NCBI GenBank assembly: GCA_038087875.1
Contig: JAXLNO010000550.1
Location: forward strand, 1 to 64,000
Source of the DNA: Malacoraja senta
Taxonomy: Eukaryota
Length of the DNA stretch: 64,000 bases
Direction: 5' to 3'
This document shows positions 13,453 through 27,088 of the stretch, piece after piece (positions within the stretch are counted from its first letter, which is position 1; the number at the start of each line of letters is the position of its first letter). The notes below the pieces were generated by a model. It was not told the DNA's origin, made no database searches, and was given only the letters and a program-made list of their open reading frames with translations. The position numbers were made by a program, and so were the translations under genes.

Positions 13453-15478
13453 AAGCCTGTCTCACTGTGCGAGTTGACCCACGAGTGACCCAGAGTGAAA
13501 GACTCGTGGTTGCGTACGAGACTCCAAGTTTATGATCAAGAGTTTAACCGAGTTCCCACGGGTATGACTCTAGTTTGCCGTTAACTGTAATTTCTGCGAT
13601 GTTCCAAGTTCGTCTCCCGAGTTAACAAGTTCCTTTCCCGAGTTACTCTTGAGCCAACCTTCAATGAAGGTCTGTTTTAATAAGCAACATCTCCATCCTG
13701 CGGCTTTGAGTTAAAGATAGAATTCAGCGCGGCCGCATCTATTGATGTGACCTACAAAGGGAAAATGCGCATCGTCCAGTGCCAGAGCAGTTATACTGAT
13801 GATTTGTTTGAAACACACATCACGTAGTTAGAAGACCAGCAGGCGGAGGTTTGCTATATTTTAATTGAATTTACTGCCAGGTCTACACACTGCGGGGAGA
13901 CTGGAGATGAAATCTTTGAATGTGGACGGATGCACACATCAGACTGTTGGGAGACGGAGCTCAGGGTTCGCCTCCTGAGGTGCTTTGGTGCCCAGGCGTG
14001 AGTTGAGGTGGAGGGAGGTTGGGGGGGGTCAGGTTAAACGCACCCATTTGACAGAGGCAGAGGATTACGAGGATCCAGCGAGACTCGGACTGGATGGAGA
14101 GCCGAGACTGCCCCGCTGGTGGCCAACTTCCCCCTGTCCTCCGTCGCTGCTCCCAGCCGGCCGGCAGGAGCTGTGCATGGAGCCCACCACCGGAGTCGTG
14201 TCTGACTGCCTCGGCAGCCTGAGGCAGATGCGCCCTGCCAGGGGAGAGCCCGCGGAGAGACTGCGGGGGGGGGGGGGGGGAGTACCTCACTCTGACTGTG
14301 ATAGGGAGAGACAGAGGCGCGCACACACACACACACACACACACAGTGTAGAGTTCCTCTGACTGACTGACAGTGTGTGGGTGTGGGGGGTGGGACAGAG
14401 AGAGAGAGAGAGACACACACACACACAGGCAGCGTGGAGTACCTTTAACTGTGTGTGTGGGAGAGAGACAGAGGCAGACACACACACAACAGGCAGTGTG
14501 TACCTCAGTCTGTGTGTGTGTGTGTGTGTAGGGGAGAGAGACACAGAGACAGTGTGGACCTCTGACTGTATGAAGGAGATGGGGAGAGAGACAGAGAGAG
14601 AGAGGCACAGAGGCAGTGTGGTGTACTTCGGCGTGACTGTGGGGGGGGGAGAGAAAGAGCGCACAGGACCTCGGTCTATCTGTGTGTGTGGGAGGGAAGA
14701 GAGACTAAGCAGAATACATCGGTCTTATTGTGTGTGGGGGAGAAAGAGAGAGGTGGGGGGGGAGAAAGAGAGAGGTGGGAGGGGGGAAGAGAAAAATGGG
14801 GGAGACGTATATGCACACAAAGCAGAGTTTTACTGTGCATGTGGGAGACACAGATGGACTTACCTCGGTCTTACTGTGTGCGGGAGAGGGGGAGAAAGAG
14901 ACATACACTCTCAGAGGCAGAGTCTCTCAGCCTGTGTGAGAGGCAGGGAGGGAGAGAGAGACACACACACACAAGGTGGATGTGAAATCTCACCTGCCTG
15001 TTTCAGTGACCGGCACCCGCCGCTAGTGAATGAAGACACCCTCATCCGTCTCCCCCTCCTCTCCCTCCACTCTCCACCCTCTCTCCTCCACCCCCCCTCC
15101 CTCCTCCAACCCCCCACTCCCCCCCAATTTGGAAATGTCATCCCATCACCCATTCCTTCTCTCCAGAGATGCTGCCTGCCCGCTGAGTTAAAGAGTTCCC
15201 ACGGTAGACTCACGAGTCACTAAGGTAAACGCACGGGCCACTGCGTTCTTACAAAGTGTTTAAATGTTTCAAATTTTAACCTCAAGAGTACATTTTACTC
15301 GTGGAAATGTTTAAACATGTTTGAATTTTTCCAAGAGTTAACAAGTGTCACGGGTACCTGCCGTTAGCGGCAAGAGTTCCGACGTTCCCGCTACGTTAAT
15401 CATACGTGATTACCACGAGTTAAATTTGTTTTAAGCTCGGGGTACCTCGTGGGTCAGCTCGCACAGTGAGACAGGGGT
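13453..15478. mobile_element. 2-kb non-autonomous TIR element (Harbinger-like termini) with composite interior
   Basis: TIR CCTGTCTCACTGTGCGAGTTGACCCACGAG / CTCGTGGGTCAGCTCGCACAGTGAGACAGG. It interrupts a Rex-like fragment at a TA (cttatg-TA-tctcatg). Confidence 0.82.
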
Positions 15479-15924
15479 TTATCTCATGTCTAATGGGAGA
15501 GAGAAATAAAGGGAGTGACCAGAGGAGACTGGTCCTTGATTATGCTGGTGTCCTTGCCGAGGCAGCGTTAAGTGTAGATGATTCAATGGAAAGGAGGTTG
15601 GTTTGCCTCATGGTCTGGGCTACCTCCACAATTCTCTGCAATTTCTTGCGGTTTTGGATGGAGCTGCTCCCAAACCACGGAACATTTGGACAGATATAGG
15701 GATGGGAAGGGTTTAGATAGATATGAGCTACATCAATACAATGATCTATATCAATATCAATATCAATATCAATATCTCAATGAGCTATATCAATACAAAC
15801 AAAGGGGAGGAGCTCAATGAGCCACCTTGGTTACAAGGACAAGTTGGGCCTAAAGGTTTGTTTCCGTATTATGACTCGATGACTCTATAGCCTCAGCTGT
15901 TCCTGTAATTTCTGTTTTTGTATT

Positions 15925-16228
15925 AGTTTTTAGAGATACAGCGCGGAATCAGGCCCTTCGGCCCAACATGTCCGTGCCGACCAGCGATCCCCGCACATTA
16001 ATACTATCCTACACACACTAGGGACAATTTTACAGATACACCAAGCCAATTAACCTACAAACCTGATCTTCATTAGAGTGTGGGAGGAAACCAAAGATCT
16101 CGGAGAAAACCCACGCAGGTCAAGGGGAGAATGTACAAACTCCCTATAGCACCCGTTGTCGAGATCGAGCCCGGGTCTCTGGCGCTGCAAACGCTGTAAG
16201 GCAGCAACTCTACCGCTGTGCCGCCATG
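15925..16228 (-). mobile_element. V-SINE
   Basis: reverse complement of the consensus. Confidence 0.9.
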
Positions 16229-16449
16229 TCACGTTTTTTCTCTCTATAACCCCCGTTGCATAGTGTTAGAGTTTGAAACCAGTTTTTCATTAAGGCAATT
16301 AATTAGGATTTGAGAGGCCATTTGGTTAAATTGCAGTGTGAAATTATAATTGCTGGCAGATAAACAATGACAATTTTTTTTTTTTTTTTAATCACATAAT
16401 TCTCCACAAATAACCATCTCAAAGCGTAGTAAATCTCCCCAGCGGACGT

Positions 16450-18750
16450 GGCTATTCATGGCTCAGGAAGATTAAAATAACAATGGATTTTAGAAAAAAT
16501 GTGCAGTGACTTCAGATACCAGAAAAAAGATGGGTAAAAATTGATAGAAGCTCAAGATAAAACATGACAATAAACAGCAAGATTGTAAGAGTTCCTATAT
16601 TTATGTAAAATGGAAAGATGGAGAAAAATAAATGTAGGTCTATTAAGAAGCAAAGGTTAGAAAAATATACTAGAGAATAAAGAAAGAATTTGAGGCATTA
16701 AACAAATATTTTGTTTTTCCCTTCACAATGGAGGCACAATAAATGTAAGGGTTTAACGACAATGAGGAACATAATAGTTGGATATAGTTAAAAAAATATG
16801 CCAAACAAATGTTTAGACTAAAGAATAACAACTGCAATGGTTCTGACAGAATAGTTCTCTGGATCTAATATATCCCACTGAAGAGGTCGTGGGTACATTA
16901 ATGGTAATCTTATAAAACAGTTTCTGGAATAGCACCCGTTGAACATAAAATAAACCCATTACAGGCAACCCCTGCCGCAGGGAGATGGGGGAGTGCGGTT
17001 ACATTGCTGGAAAATGGGCCGTATCACAATTTGCCATCACGCAAAGTCACATCATCTCCCCTCCATGTGTTAAAAAACACGCGTTGAAAAAAAAGTGCAT
17101 TTTGTGTTGATTTATTTACTTCTTTTCACACAAATTCCAAGAGAGCAAACTGTAGCCTATATCTCAAATTGCGGCTGGAGGTTTGTGAGTTCTCTAAAGA
17201 CGAATATCCATTATGTAAACATATGTAATATGGAGGTTGTGTATTGACTAGTTAACTTGGTCACAGTTGTCATTAAATACTGTAAACTCTTATTACAGGT
17301 CTATAGGCAGGGCACAGAAAATCACAATGGAATGGTTGAATGAAGGGGAAATCATACTTGACAAATATAATTTCGCTTTTTGCTGATGTAACTACCAAGG
17401 AAAATAAATTGAACCAGCGAGATGTGATATATTTGAATTTTTAAATGCATTTCAGCAGATGCAGTGATATTGATTGTTCTATTCAAACATTAACATAAAA
17501 TAACGATTAGGAGTAATAGACTAACAGAGAGAAACAAAAGATATTTTAGATATTCTCAGCATATCAGAATTTACAATACTAGACTAATACTAGAATTTAC
17601 AGTATTAACATTTTCATCTTAAATAGAATAAACATTTTCAGTCTCATGTAGTCATAGAGTGATACAGTGTAGAAACAGGCCCTCCTGCCCAACTTGCTCA
17701 CACCGGCCAACATGTCCCAGCTACACTCGTCCCACCTGTCAGCCCATATCCCTCCAAATCTGTCCTATCCACGTATCCATGTCTCCGTTTAATGTTTAAA
17801 TAGAATGTGATTCAATGTGATCCCACCATCAATTAGATCTTCCCATCCCCACCCCTTTCACCAGGACCGCTTCCCCTGCAACTCCTTTGTTCACTTATCC
17901 CTTCCCATCCAAACCAGATGTTTACCAGATGATGCCTGGATTAATTGATATGGATAGATTTGGATAGTTTTTTCTGGAATGCCAGACTTTGCAGGGAGAC
18001 CTGATGGAAATGTACAACATTATAAGAAGCATAGATAGATAGTCAGGATCCTGGATGGAAAAAAACAAATACTAGAGGGTACAGGTTTAAGGTGAGAAGG
18101 GCAAAGTTTAAAGGAGATGTGCAGTGCAAGTATTTTTACACAGAGGGTGGTGAGTGCCTGGAACGTGCTGCAGGTTGAGGCAGATACGATTGTGGGCATT
18201 TAAGAAACTTTTGGATAGGCACATAGACATGCAGGGAATGGAGCGATATGGATTATGTGCAGGCAAATAAGAGATGGTCAGTATCATGTTTGGCACAAAT
18301 ACTGTGGGCCGAAGGGCCTGTTCATGTGCTCTACAGTTCTATATTCCATAACCTGAGTTTTTCTAACATATTCTGGCCTAACAACAAAGGAGAGGGCTGG
18401 TTACAGGACAAAAGACAAAGGGAAGGAATAAATGCATAATTTTGAGGTTGACAGGTGTTTGCAAGTGGAATGTTGCAAGGATCAGTGCTGGGGCCTTAAC
18501 TGTTTACAATCCATATTAATGATGGAAGTGAAAGGACAGAGGGCAGCGTATTCAAGTTGGCTTATGAAACAAAGCCAGGTGAGAAAGTGAAGGTGACGGA
18601 GATACAATGCTTATGCAAATGGGTTTTGCAAGCTGTGGATAGATAAGAATATGGCAAATGTGGTATCACGTTGGAAAATATCAATAGTTTTGGTGCAAAA
18701 AGCAAATAAAACACAGAATATGACGTGTATTGTTAGGGAGGTGAGCATTT
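16450..18750 (+). mobile_element. patchwork of highly decayed CR1 RT remnants
   Basis: gcaagtggaatgttgcaaggatcagtgctggggcct (SG.LQGSVLGP) near 18460 and a CR1 3' end at 17920-18345. Confidence 0.55.
16961..17242. mobile_element. possible old Tigger/mariner-like MITE
   Basis: TA|CAGGCAACCCC start and degenerate ggaggttgtg|TA end. Confidence 0.35.
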
Positions 18751-19129
18751 ATTCCTCATACTTAATTTCCTTTTTAAAGCTGTTTTCTGACCCATACCTA
18801 TCATAGAATCGTACAGCACACAAGCAGGCTCTTACGCTCAACTTGTCCATGCTGACCAAGTGCCCATTGAAGCTAGTCCTATTTGTCCACATTTGACCCA
18901 TATCCCTCTAAATCTTTCTGGTCCATATACCTGTCCAAATACCTTTTTAAAATGCTGCTACAATACCTGCCTCAACTACTTCCACTGCTCTTGGTCCATA
19001 TACTTACCACAATCTATACTTAACAGTTGCCCCTTAGGTTTCTCTTAAATCTTTTCCCTCCCACCTGAAACGTATGCCTTCTAGTTCTTGCTCCCAAACC
19101 CTGGAAAAAAGACTGTGTGCATTCATATA

Positions 19130-22100
19130 ATAAAATAAACCTGAAGGAACCCGTTTGGCTCATCAAGCCTGTTGACTGCCAAGGCCATAGCTCCAGACCT
19201 GAACACTACCTCAATCCTAACATGGCCCAAAGAGTTGAAATCTCTCAGTGAGGTGAGAGTGAATACTCTTGCCATCAAGGCAGTAACCATTATTTCATTG
19301 TGTATGGCATTATGGTGGCCTGGTCAACTAAAATGAATTGGCAAGGAAAGGAAAGCATCCCAGTCTCAGGACACCATTTAAGGAGTTCCTCAAGGCAGTG
19401 TCCTAGCCTTAATCATCTTCAGCTTCTTCATTTATGAACTTTCTTCCATGATAAGATCAGAAGTGGGGATTTTTACTGAGGATTACGTAATAGTAAGATT
19501 AAACGAGAACTTACCAGTTTGAAGTTTGATCTTTATTTTATGAGGAGTTACGTTGGTGATTACGTGAAGAAGACCCGTCAATCTTCAAAGCAGCGGTGTG
19601 AAATCACAAACAACAAGAACGAAGTAATATAGTAACATAATAAAATTAGTAAATTAAGAACTTCCATCTGACCTTTATGAAAGAGGGTTGGGCCGTGGTG
19701 GGCACGTAATCACCAACGTAACTCCTCATAAAATAAAGATCAAACTTCAAACTGGTAAGTTCTCGTTTAATCTTACTATTTTACTTCGGAGTCACGTGAG
19801 TGACTACGTGAAGATTTTAAAGCTTTGTGATTTCATGCCGCAGGTACAAATCCCGGCTTCTCACTGCATAGACTCGGAAAGAGAAATAATCAATAATGCA
19901 TTAATAATGACATTTGCATGACAAATGCAGTAATTCATTTATTTGAATAATAGAATTAACTGTATCCCCTTTAACCCAGGGAAATGTAAGCAGAACTTAA
20001 TATAGTATCTGCAAACAGCCCCGTATTGGCAACAGGCCGATGGTAAAAGTGTTGAAACACCAACTTATTAGATCACCCGGCAGCTGCGAAAATATGGTCG
20101 GTGGGACGTCCTTCGCCCTGGCCGCCAATGTTGCTGCTAAATAGAATGGGATGTAAAAACATCACTGTTCACACCTGCAGCAACCAAAACTTGTTTTAAC
20201 CATCTTAAAATAGTCTGAACTGACACTATCTTGTATGGTTTTTCATGAATGATAAACAATCTTGTTTTCATATTTCATAAGACATTTGTAGCCTCAATGT
20301 ATTGCAACAAATATGTCTTAACACATAGACATGGATCCATGGAATATGCTAATAAAACACTCTTGAATCCTGTCACACCTGACCCTACTTCATTTGAGTA
20401 GGTCATAAAATGTAAAACATAACATAATCCTGAGGTACATCCATCCTGTGTATCTGTAACTTTTGTAATGTCTGCACTCTCTGTGCTTGTTACAAGTGCC
20501 ATAAGCATGACTACCTTCATGCTGAACTTGGCCAAATCAGAATCGTACCAAGAGTCCATTGATGAAGTAGCTGAAATCAACTTTATATTCCAGATTCCCA
20601 TACCTAGGTTTAGAAGGTCTGGAATTAAAATTCCTTTCATTAATCTGGAAATGAAAGAACGAGACTCAACAGGATGTCTTTCCGACCTCATCAATAAAAA
20701 ACGAGGACAATGTACTTCTGGCTGAATAAATCGCACTATAACTCAACCCCTCAAATAGAGTGTTGAGAAAACCCAAGACATTTGAGACATGTGCCGTACA
20801 ACATTCCATATTCTTTTGTACACAGAAATTTTCCCCATTCTTTACATAATGGGAAAGCAGCATTTACAGAGTCACAACCTCAGATTCACAAATGTACTGC
20901 TTTTGAGTGCTCTTCCACCAGACTGCTGTAAGCATGTCCACAGTATGCCCAGACAATCCTCTTTTTAAAACCTGCAAATTAACAGATCCATACAGGCATA
21001 TAACAGATGTTACTCTCCAATTATCAGATACACCAGTAAATCCCTTCTTTTGGGAACCTTTATCAGAAACTGTGTCATTAATTCCAATATCAAAGGGAAC
21101 CATGGCTGTGTAGACCAGTCCGGTACCACCAGTACCCCAGAGGCAACATCCTGCTTCATTTTAAGCAGACACCGGTTTATGAGACAGAATTATGGAAAAT
21201 GCATATAAAAACATACCTCCCTAATGTAGCGAGAAAACATCAATCACTACTGTCTCCCGATGTAGTTCCCATAACACATATCTCTGTAACTGGTGATTGA
21301 GTCTGGATGGAAACAAGTCGTATCTGGCTTCCCAAATTTGACTACTATATCATTAAAATCTTAAGGTTCAACATCCATTCTTTGTTATCATGGAAATTCC
21401 CGTAACCTGGTGTCTGCTACTATATTGAATCTACCTGGTAGATAAATAGCTGAAACCAAATATTTGTCAACACACCAAGTGCAGATTTGATTAGCCAATT
21501 TGTCACATGACACCAACTTAATTCCACCCATACAATTAATACATGCCATTGCTGTAGAGTTGTTAATTTGAAGCAGATTAGTTGTATTAACAACAAGCTT
21601 GGAGCTCATAAGCCTTCCAATAGCTGTAAAACGTCGATTCTCCATGTCTGCAAAAATAATGCCTCTTCCATATTCCATCTGTCCACAGATGGATACCTTT
21701 TCAGTGGCACCAATCCTAGTGCACTGACATCAGTCTGTAAGACCATGGAAGGCTGTTCAATCAGTATCTTGCTTGAACTACTGGATACATGTTAAATCCA
21801 ACACTGCAAATCAGAAGCAGCATTTGTTCTGCATGGCCTATCAAAAATGGCCACCATGCATCTTAGTGCCTTTCTTTTTGCAGTCTGTAGCTGCTGGTAA
21901 TACTATGGCCCATATTGTATTGCTGGAAATAACACTAATTTTCCTAGCAAACAGGCCACCTGTCTTAATTGAAGATTGTTGCTTTTTCAACAGCTTAATG
22001 CAACCATCAATCAGCTCTACCCTTACCCTGGGTAAATTACTACCCTGTCAATTGAATCAATTGTGAAATTAAAATAATCAATTGTTGTAAGTGGCGTTAA

Positions 22101-24680
22101 CCTTAATTTCTCTCTGGATGAATTAAACCCAAACTTTCAAAAGTGGATTGAACAATTGAGAGAGATAACTCACTAATTCTCTTGTTCGTCCTAATTAGGA
22201 CATCATCCAGTTAAGCCATCAACATCTGTCCTTGGACTCTAATTAGCCCCAAAATTGGTTTTACCAATTTTGTGAAATTCTAGGAACTGAAGTTAACCCA
22301 TTAGACAGAACTTTGAATTGCCATAATTGTTCATTCAAATAAATTTCAAATATTTTTATCTTACAAATGAACAGACATTAAGTAATATACATCTTTCAGA
22401 TCTATAGGTGCCATATAACATCTTTTGAAATAAGATGTTTGCCAGTCTCAAAGTCTCCATTTTGAAGTGTCTATACTTCACAAAATTTTAAAGACTTGTC
22501 AGATCTAAAATACTCCTCACCTTTCTAGGTCGAGAAAATTTAAACACAATTTGGTGGTTTTGATAAACCAACCTTTCAATTACTTGTTTATAGACAAGTT
22601 TTCAAATTCAGCTTGAACCTCCATCACTTCTTTTTGTGAAATTGGAGTGTTCTGCTAGGAACATGCTGGATGGCAAATCACTATTTCGATCGAATCAATT
22701 CGAAACCTTTGAATAATACTCAGAATAATAAATCTGAAGTAATTTGCTTCCAATATTTGGCTGTTTTTGCCTTAATATGTTCCCATGAGAACCAGGTCCA
22801 CCTACCTCCTTTGTCACCTGAGTGACCTGTGGTCCCTGGCTCCTGGCAGGAAAAACCCATGCTTTTTCGTGTTGCCGCTGCAGGACACCAACTGCGCCCC
22901 TGCTTCAATGGTCGACTTGTTCCTGGTGTAGGCCCAGGATTTTGTATGATGTCTAAACGGATACCTCCTCTTCACAGACTTGCCGACCATTGATGCTTTG
23001 ATCAACCTTGCTGTTTTTGCCTCATCATCCAACTCTTTCCCATGTTTCGTGAGTTTTTTTCTCTCAAGAGTAAGTTGAATGACTGCACATTGCTGGGCTT
23101 TACAGAGTTGCTGCAACTTGGGGTTGATGGTGGGTCGAATGGCATACTTCCTGAAACAATTCATCTTGAAGTAGGCGCTACATAGCAACCCTAGTGCCAA
23201 TAGAACATCTGGCAGCTGCCATCTTCGCTTGTATCGGAAACTCTGCTGACCCTGTGCACGCGCCTCATCAATGAGGGTGCTCTCAAACAGCCCTTTGCTA
23301 GGTGCTGCTGACCTGGCTTCTGGAGCCTGGCTTTGGCTACACTCTTCCCTGAGTGTGCTTTTCTCCAGTAACCTGTGTAACAAGCTTTCCATCTAAGAAA
23401 TCCGCTCAAAAGCGGTATCCAGCCCTGGAGTCGCAACCTCCTGATCGGACTCCTCCTCCGTGGGCCTCATGGACTTGAATTTAGCCTTGCGCCCCACTGG
23501 CGCTGACTGAGTTCTTTTCAACCCCAAGTCCACAGTCGCTACGCTCCCAGCCGGCGACTGTACAGGGGACTGAGGCAGCTGTTCGCCGACCGCAATCTTG
23601 TGACTTTCCACCGGCTTTGCCGCTCGCCTCTTCCCCTTGCCCGTTTTTTCCATGGCGCCTGTGGTAAAAATCCCCACAGACCCACAGCAAACGGACCCGG
23701 AAACTATTGAAAAAGTTTTTACTTACCTTGTAGTTCACAACTACATTTCCACTAGAGGAGCGCTGCTCCTCACGTCCGTTCGCGCCAATGCATCTGACGT
23801 AATGACGTGCAGGCGCCCTGATGGGTCTTCTTCACGTAGTCACTCACGTGACTCCGAAGTAAAATGATCAATTCCTCTCGCAATTCATCAACAAATTAAG
23901 TAGTCAATGCCTTCATGCAACAAGATGTAAACAACATTAAGGCAATGAGCATCTCCAACAAGAAAACGTCTAACCATTTGTACCAGTCATTCAAAGGGCA
24001 TTAACAGCACTGATTTTCCCAACATCTTTCACCATTGGGGATCACCATGGACCAGAAACCTAAGTGGATTAGCCATAGATATACAGTGATTACAAGAGCA
24101 GGTCAGTGACTGGGTATCCTGCAGCAAGTGATTCATCTCCTGATACACAAAGTCTTTCTGTATCTTAAAGGCTCAAGTCGGGTGTGATGCAATATTCTCC
24201 ACTTCTCTGGATAAGTGCAGTATCAACAAATGTCATGAATCTTCACACCATCCAAGTTAAAGTAACCTTAACCTTGAGCACCCCATCCACCACCCTAAAC
24301 ATTGCTTCCACCCACAATGCACAGTGGCTGCAGGGTGTACCATCTACAAAATGCACCATCGCCCAGCATCCTCTGACAACATCTCCCCAGCCCGCTATCT
24401 CCATCAACAGGAAGAAAGAGTGCAGTAGACACATGGGAACCACTACCAACCAACCTGTAGGTCCCCTTCATGTCACATACTGTTCTGAATTAGAAATATA
24501 TTGCTCCTCTTTCATTGTTTATGGTCTGAATCGTGGAGCTCCCTATCCAACAACACTGTGGGAATACCGTCACCAGGCAAAACGCAGCAGTTTATGAATT
24601 CGGCTCACCACTATTTTTTCAAGAGAAATTATGAATAGGCAGTAAATACTGACCTTAACACTGAAACTTATGTCCCAAAA
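19130..24680 (+). mobile_element. old CR1/L2-like LINE remnant split by the DIRS insertion (19130-19488 + 23865-24680)
   Basis: ggagttcctcaaggcagtgtcctag (GVPQGSVL) and a decayed FADD region that continues across the DIRS insertion point. Confidence 0.65.
19489..23864 (-). mobile_element. DIRS1-type tyrosine-recombinase retrotransposon, full-length structure, ORFs degenerate
   Basis: Left ITR ends at 23864 (TTTTACTTCGGAGTCACGTGAGTGACTACGTGAAGA on - strand). Right ITR plus extension at 19489-19580. Internal complementary region (ICR) at 19703-19814. Remnants of gag-like (~22814-23653), RT/RNaseH/methyltransferase (~21060-22800; NNSTAMACINCMGGIK..AIYLPGRFNIVAD) and YR (~19990-20960; GLSYSAIYSARS, SRLMKGI) sequence. 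Confidence 0.93.
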
Positions 24681-25034
24681 GTGGAAACATATAGCCCGTG
24701 GCAATCACATACTTGAAAGAACTGGTTCAGCTTATATTGCTACTGTCACCATTGCAATCCAGTGATAACTGGGGATAGCTGTAATCTTCTGTAATGTGAC
24801 AGATTGCTGGATAAATTGCTAAGGATATCGTCCTGAAACCTGCGACAAGGAACTCAGGTCTTGAAATCGGTCAGTACAAATCAGAGAAGCCAGTGTTGGG
24901 CAGATAAATATTGTGCATTGTTAGGCTTATCGATTGGCAAGTCCAGAGAATTTCATTTCATATGTACAGGACAATGACATTGTTATTTGTAATAGCATTA
25001 ATATGCCTGCAAACACAAGATACATAAATAAAAT

Positions 25035-25902
25035 ATAGACAATAGACCATAGCTGCAGGAGTAGGCCATTTGGCCCTTCGAGCCAGCACCGCCATTCAAT
25101 ATGATCATGGCTCATCATCCACAGTCAGTATCCCGTTCCTGCTTTCTCACCATATCCCCTGCCTCCGCTATCTTTAAGAGCTCTATCTAACTCTCTCTTG
25201 AAAGCATCCAGAGAATTGGCCTCCACTGAGGCAGAGAATTCCAAAGATTCACAACTCTCTGGGTGAAAAAGGTTTTCCTCATCTCCATTCTAAATGGCCT
25301 TCCCCTAATTCTTAAGCTGTGGCCCCTAGTTCTGGATTCCCCCAACATTGGGAACATGTTTCCTGCCTCACATGATTGAACATGTGTCCAATTCCTTAAT
25401 AATCTTATATGTTTCAATAAGATTCCCTCTCATCCTTCTAAATTCTAGAGTATACAAGTTCAGCCGCTCCATTCTATCAACATATGACAGTCCCACCATC
25501 CAAGGAATTAACCTTGTGCACTTCCTCAATAGCAAGATGTCCTTCCTTAAATTTGGACCAAAACTGCACACAATACTCCAGTGTGGTCTCACTAGGGCCC
25601 TGTACAACTGCAGAAAGACCTCTTTGCTCCTATACTCAACTCCTCTTGTTATGAAGGCCAACATGTCATTAGCTTTCTTCACTGCCTGCTGTACCTGCAT
25701 GCTTACTTTCAGTGACTGATGAACAAGGACCCCCCCAGATCTTCTTGTACTTCCCCTTTTCCCAACTTGACACCTTTCAGATCATAATCTGCCTTCCTGT
25801 TTTTGCCACCTAAGCGGATAACCTCACATTTATCCACATCTGCCCACTCACCCTGCATCCTCATAGCATCCTCCTCACAGTTCACACTGCCACCCAGCTT
25901 TG
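25035..25902 (-). mobile_element. 5'-truncated CR1-clade LINE
   Basis: QQAVKKANDMLAFITRGVEYRSKEVFLQLYRALVRPH and FTQRVVNLWNSLP. Confidence 0.93.
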
Positions 25903-26773
25903 TATAATAAATAAAAATGTAATGACCACAATACTAATGCAAAACTAAAACAAATTCCAAAGACAGTCCATAAAAGAAAACAAGACAAAAGTTGTCTGAA
26001 ATGCCGTGCTTGGGAATGTGAGGAAGTCGGGCTTAATAGTATTTGTCAAAAACAAATGGATGTAATGCAACAGGGGAAATATTGTAAGGCTGTGGTAAAA
26101 TGACTAGAGGACTAATTAGATGGCTTTGTGATGGGTTATGTGGCTTCTTCTAGGCCGCTCAATCTGTGATTCTCAGTTTATGTAAAACTAAATGTGTTTT
26201 AAAATGCAAGCTTGCAAATTTTTCTGTCATTAGCAGCATAAAAAATTGAAACAGTGAGAAAACTAGTATATTATCTAACACTGTATTTATTTTAAGAATA
26301 GTTTGTAATAAATTGTACTTCATCCTGCTTTGTACATCTGCTGAAAGGGAGAAACAGCTGTCACTTTAGGTCATGAGCAGAGCTATGAAATTTAGATAAC
26401 TGCCCGTGCATACATCCACTACTCAATGTTGGAATAATAAATAGAAGCAGAAACTGCTGAGTTTATGAACTAAATTGCTGTGCAAAAAAATATGAATTTT
26501 ATAGATTAGTTTTGGACCTATTCAGCTGGGAAAAGAAGACATGCATTAGTTTTTCACACAGATAGTACTACATATACACCCCTCCTAAAGTGTATCAGGT
26601 GCATTCCCCATCTTCCGGTGAGCACATTTATTTTTGTGTGTGCCATTTCCAAAATTACAAACTATTCATCACGTTTGTATTTTGTGCTTTCTTTTTTCCA
26701 CTGTTGCTGGTGGCTGCAGGTATTTGTTTACATATTGTTGATCACGAGTAATAAAAAAAACAACACATAGAAG

Positions 26774-27088
26774 TGGACAGCACAGTGGCGCAGCGGTATA
26801 GTTACTGCCTTACAGCTCCAGAGACCCGGGTTCGATCCCGATTTCCGGTGCTTGTCTGTAAGGAGTTTGTATGTTCTCCCCATGACCTACGTGGGTTTTC
26901 TCCGAGATCTTCGGTTTCCTCCCACACTCCAAAGACGTACAGGTTTGTAGGTTAATTGGCTTGGTGTATGTGTACATTGTCCTTAGTGTGTGTAGGATAG
27001 CGCTAAGAGTGCGGGGATCGATGGTCGGTGCGGACTCGGTGGGCCGAAGGGCCTTTCTGCGCTGTTTCTCTAAACTAAGCTAAGCTAG
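26774..27088 (+). mobile_element. V-SINE
   Basis: full head, V-domain and tail. Confidence 0.9.

Noticed and set aside
13961..15223. Several long ORFs (215, 282 aa etc.)
   Set aside because: They arise from CA/GA microsatellite and low-complexity sequence and show no recognisable domain.
26774..26845. tRNA-like sequence with A and B boxes
   Set aside because: Head of a tRNA-derived SINE that continues into the V-domain and tail; not a tRNA gene.
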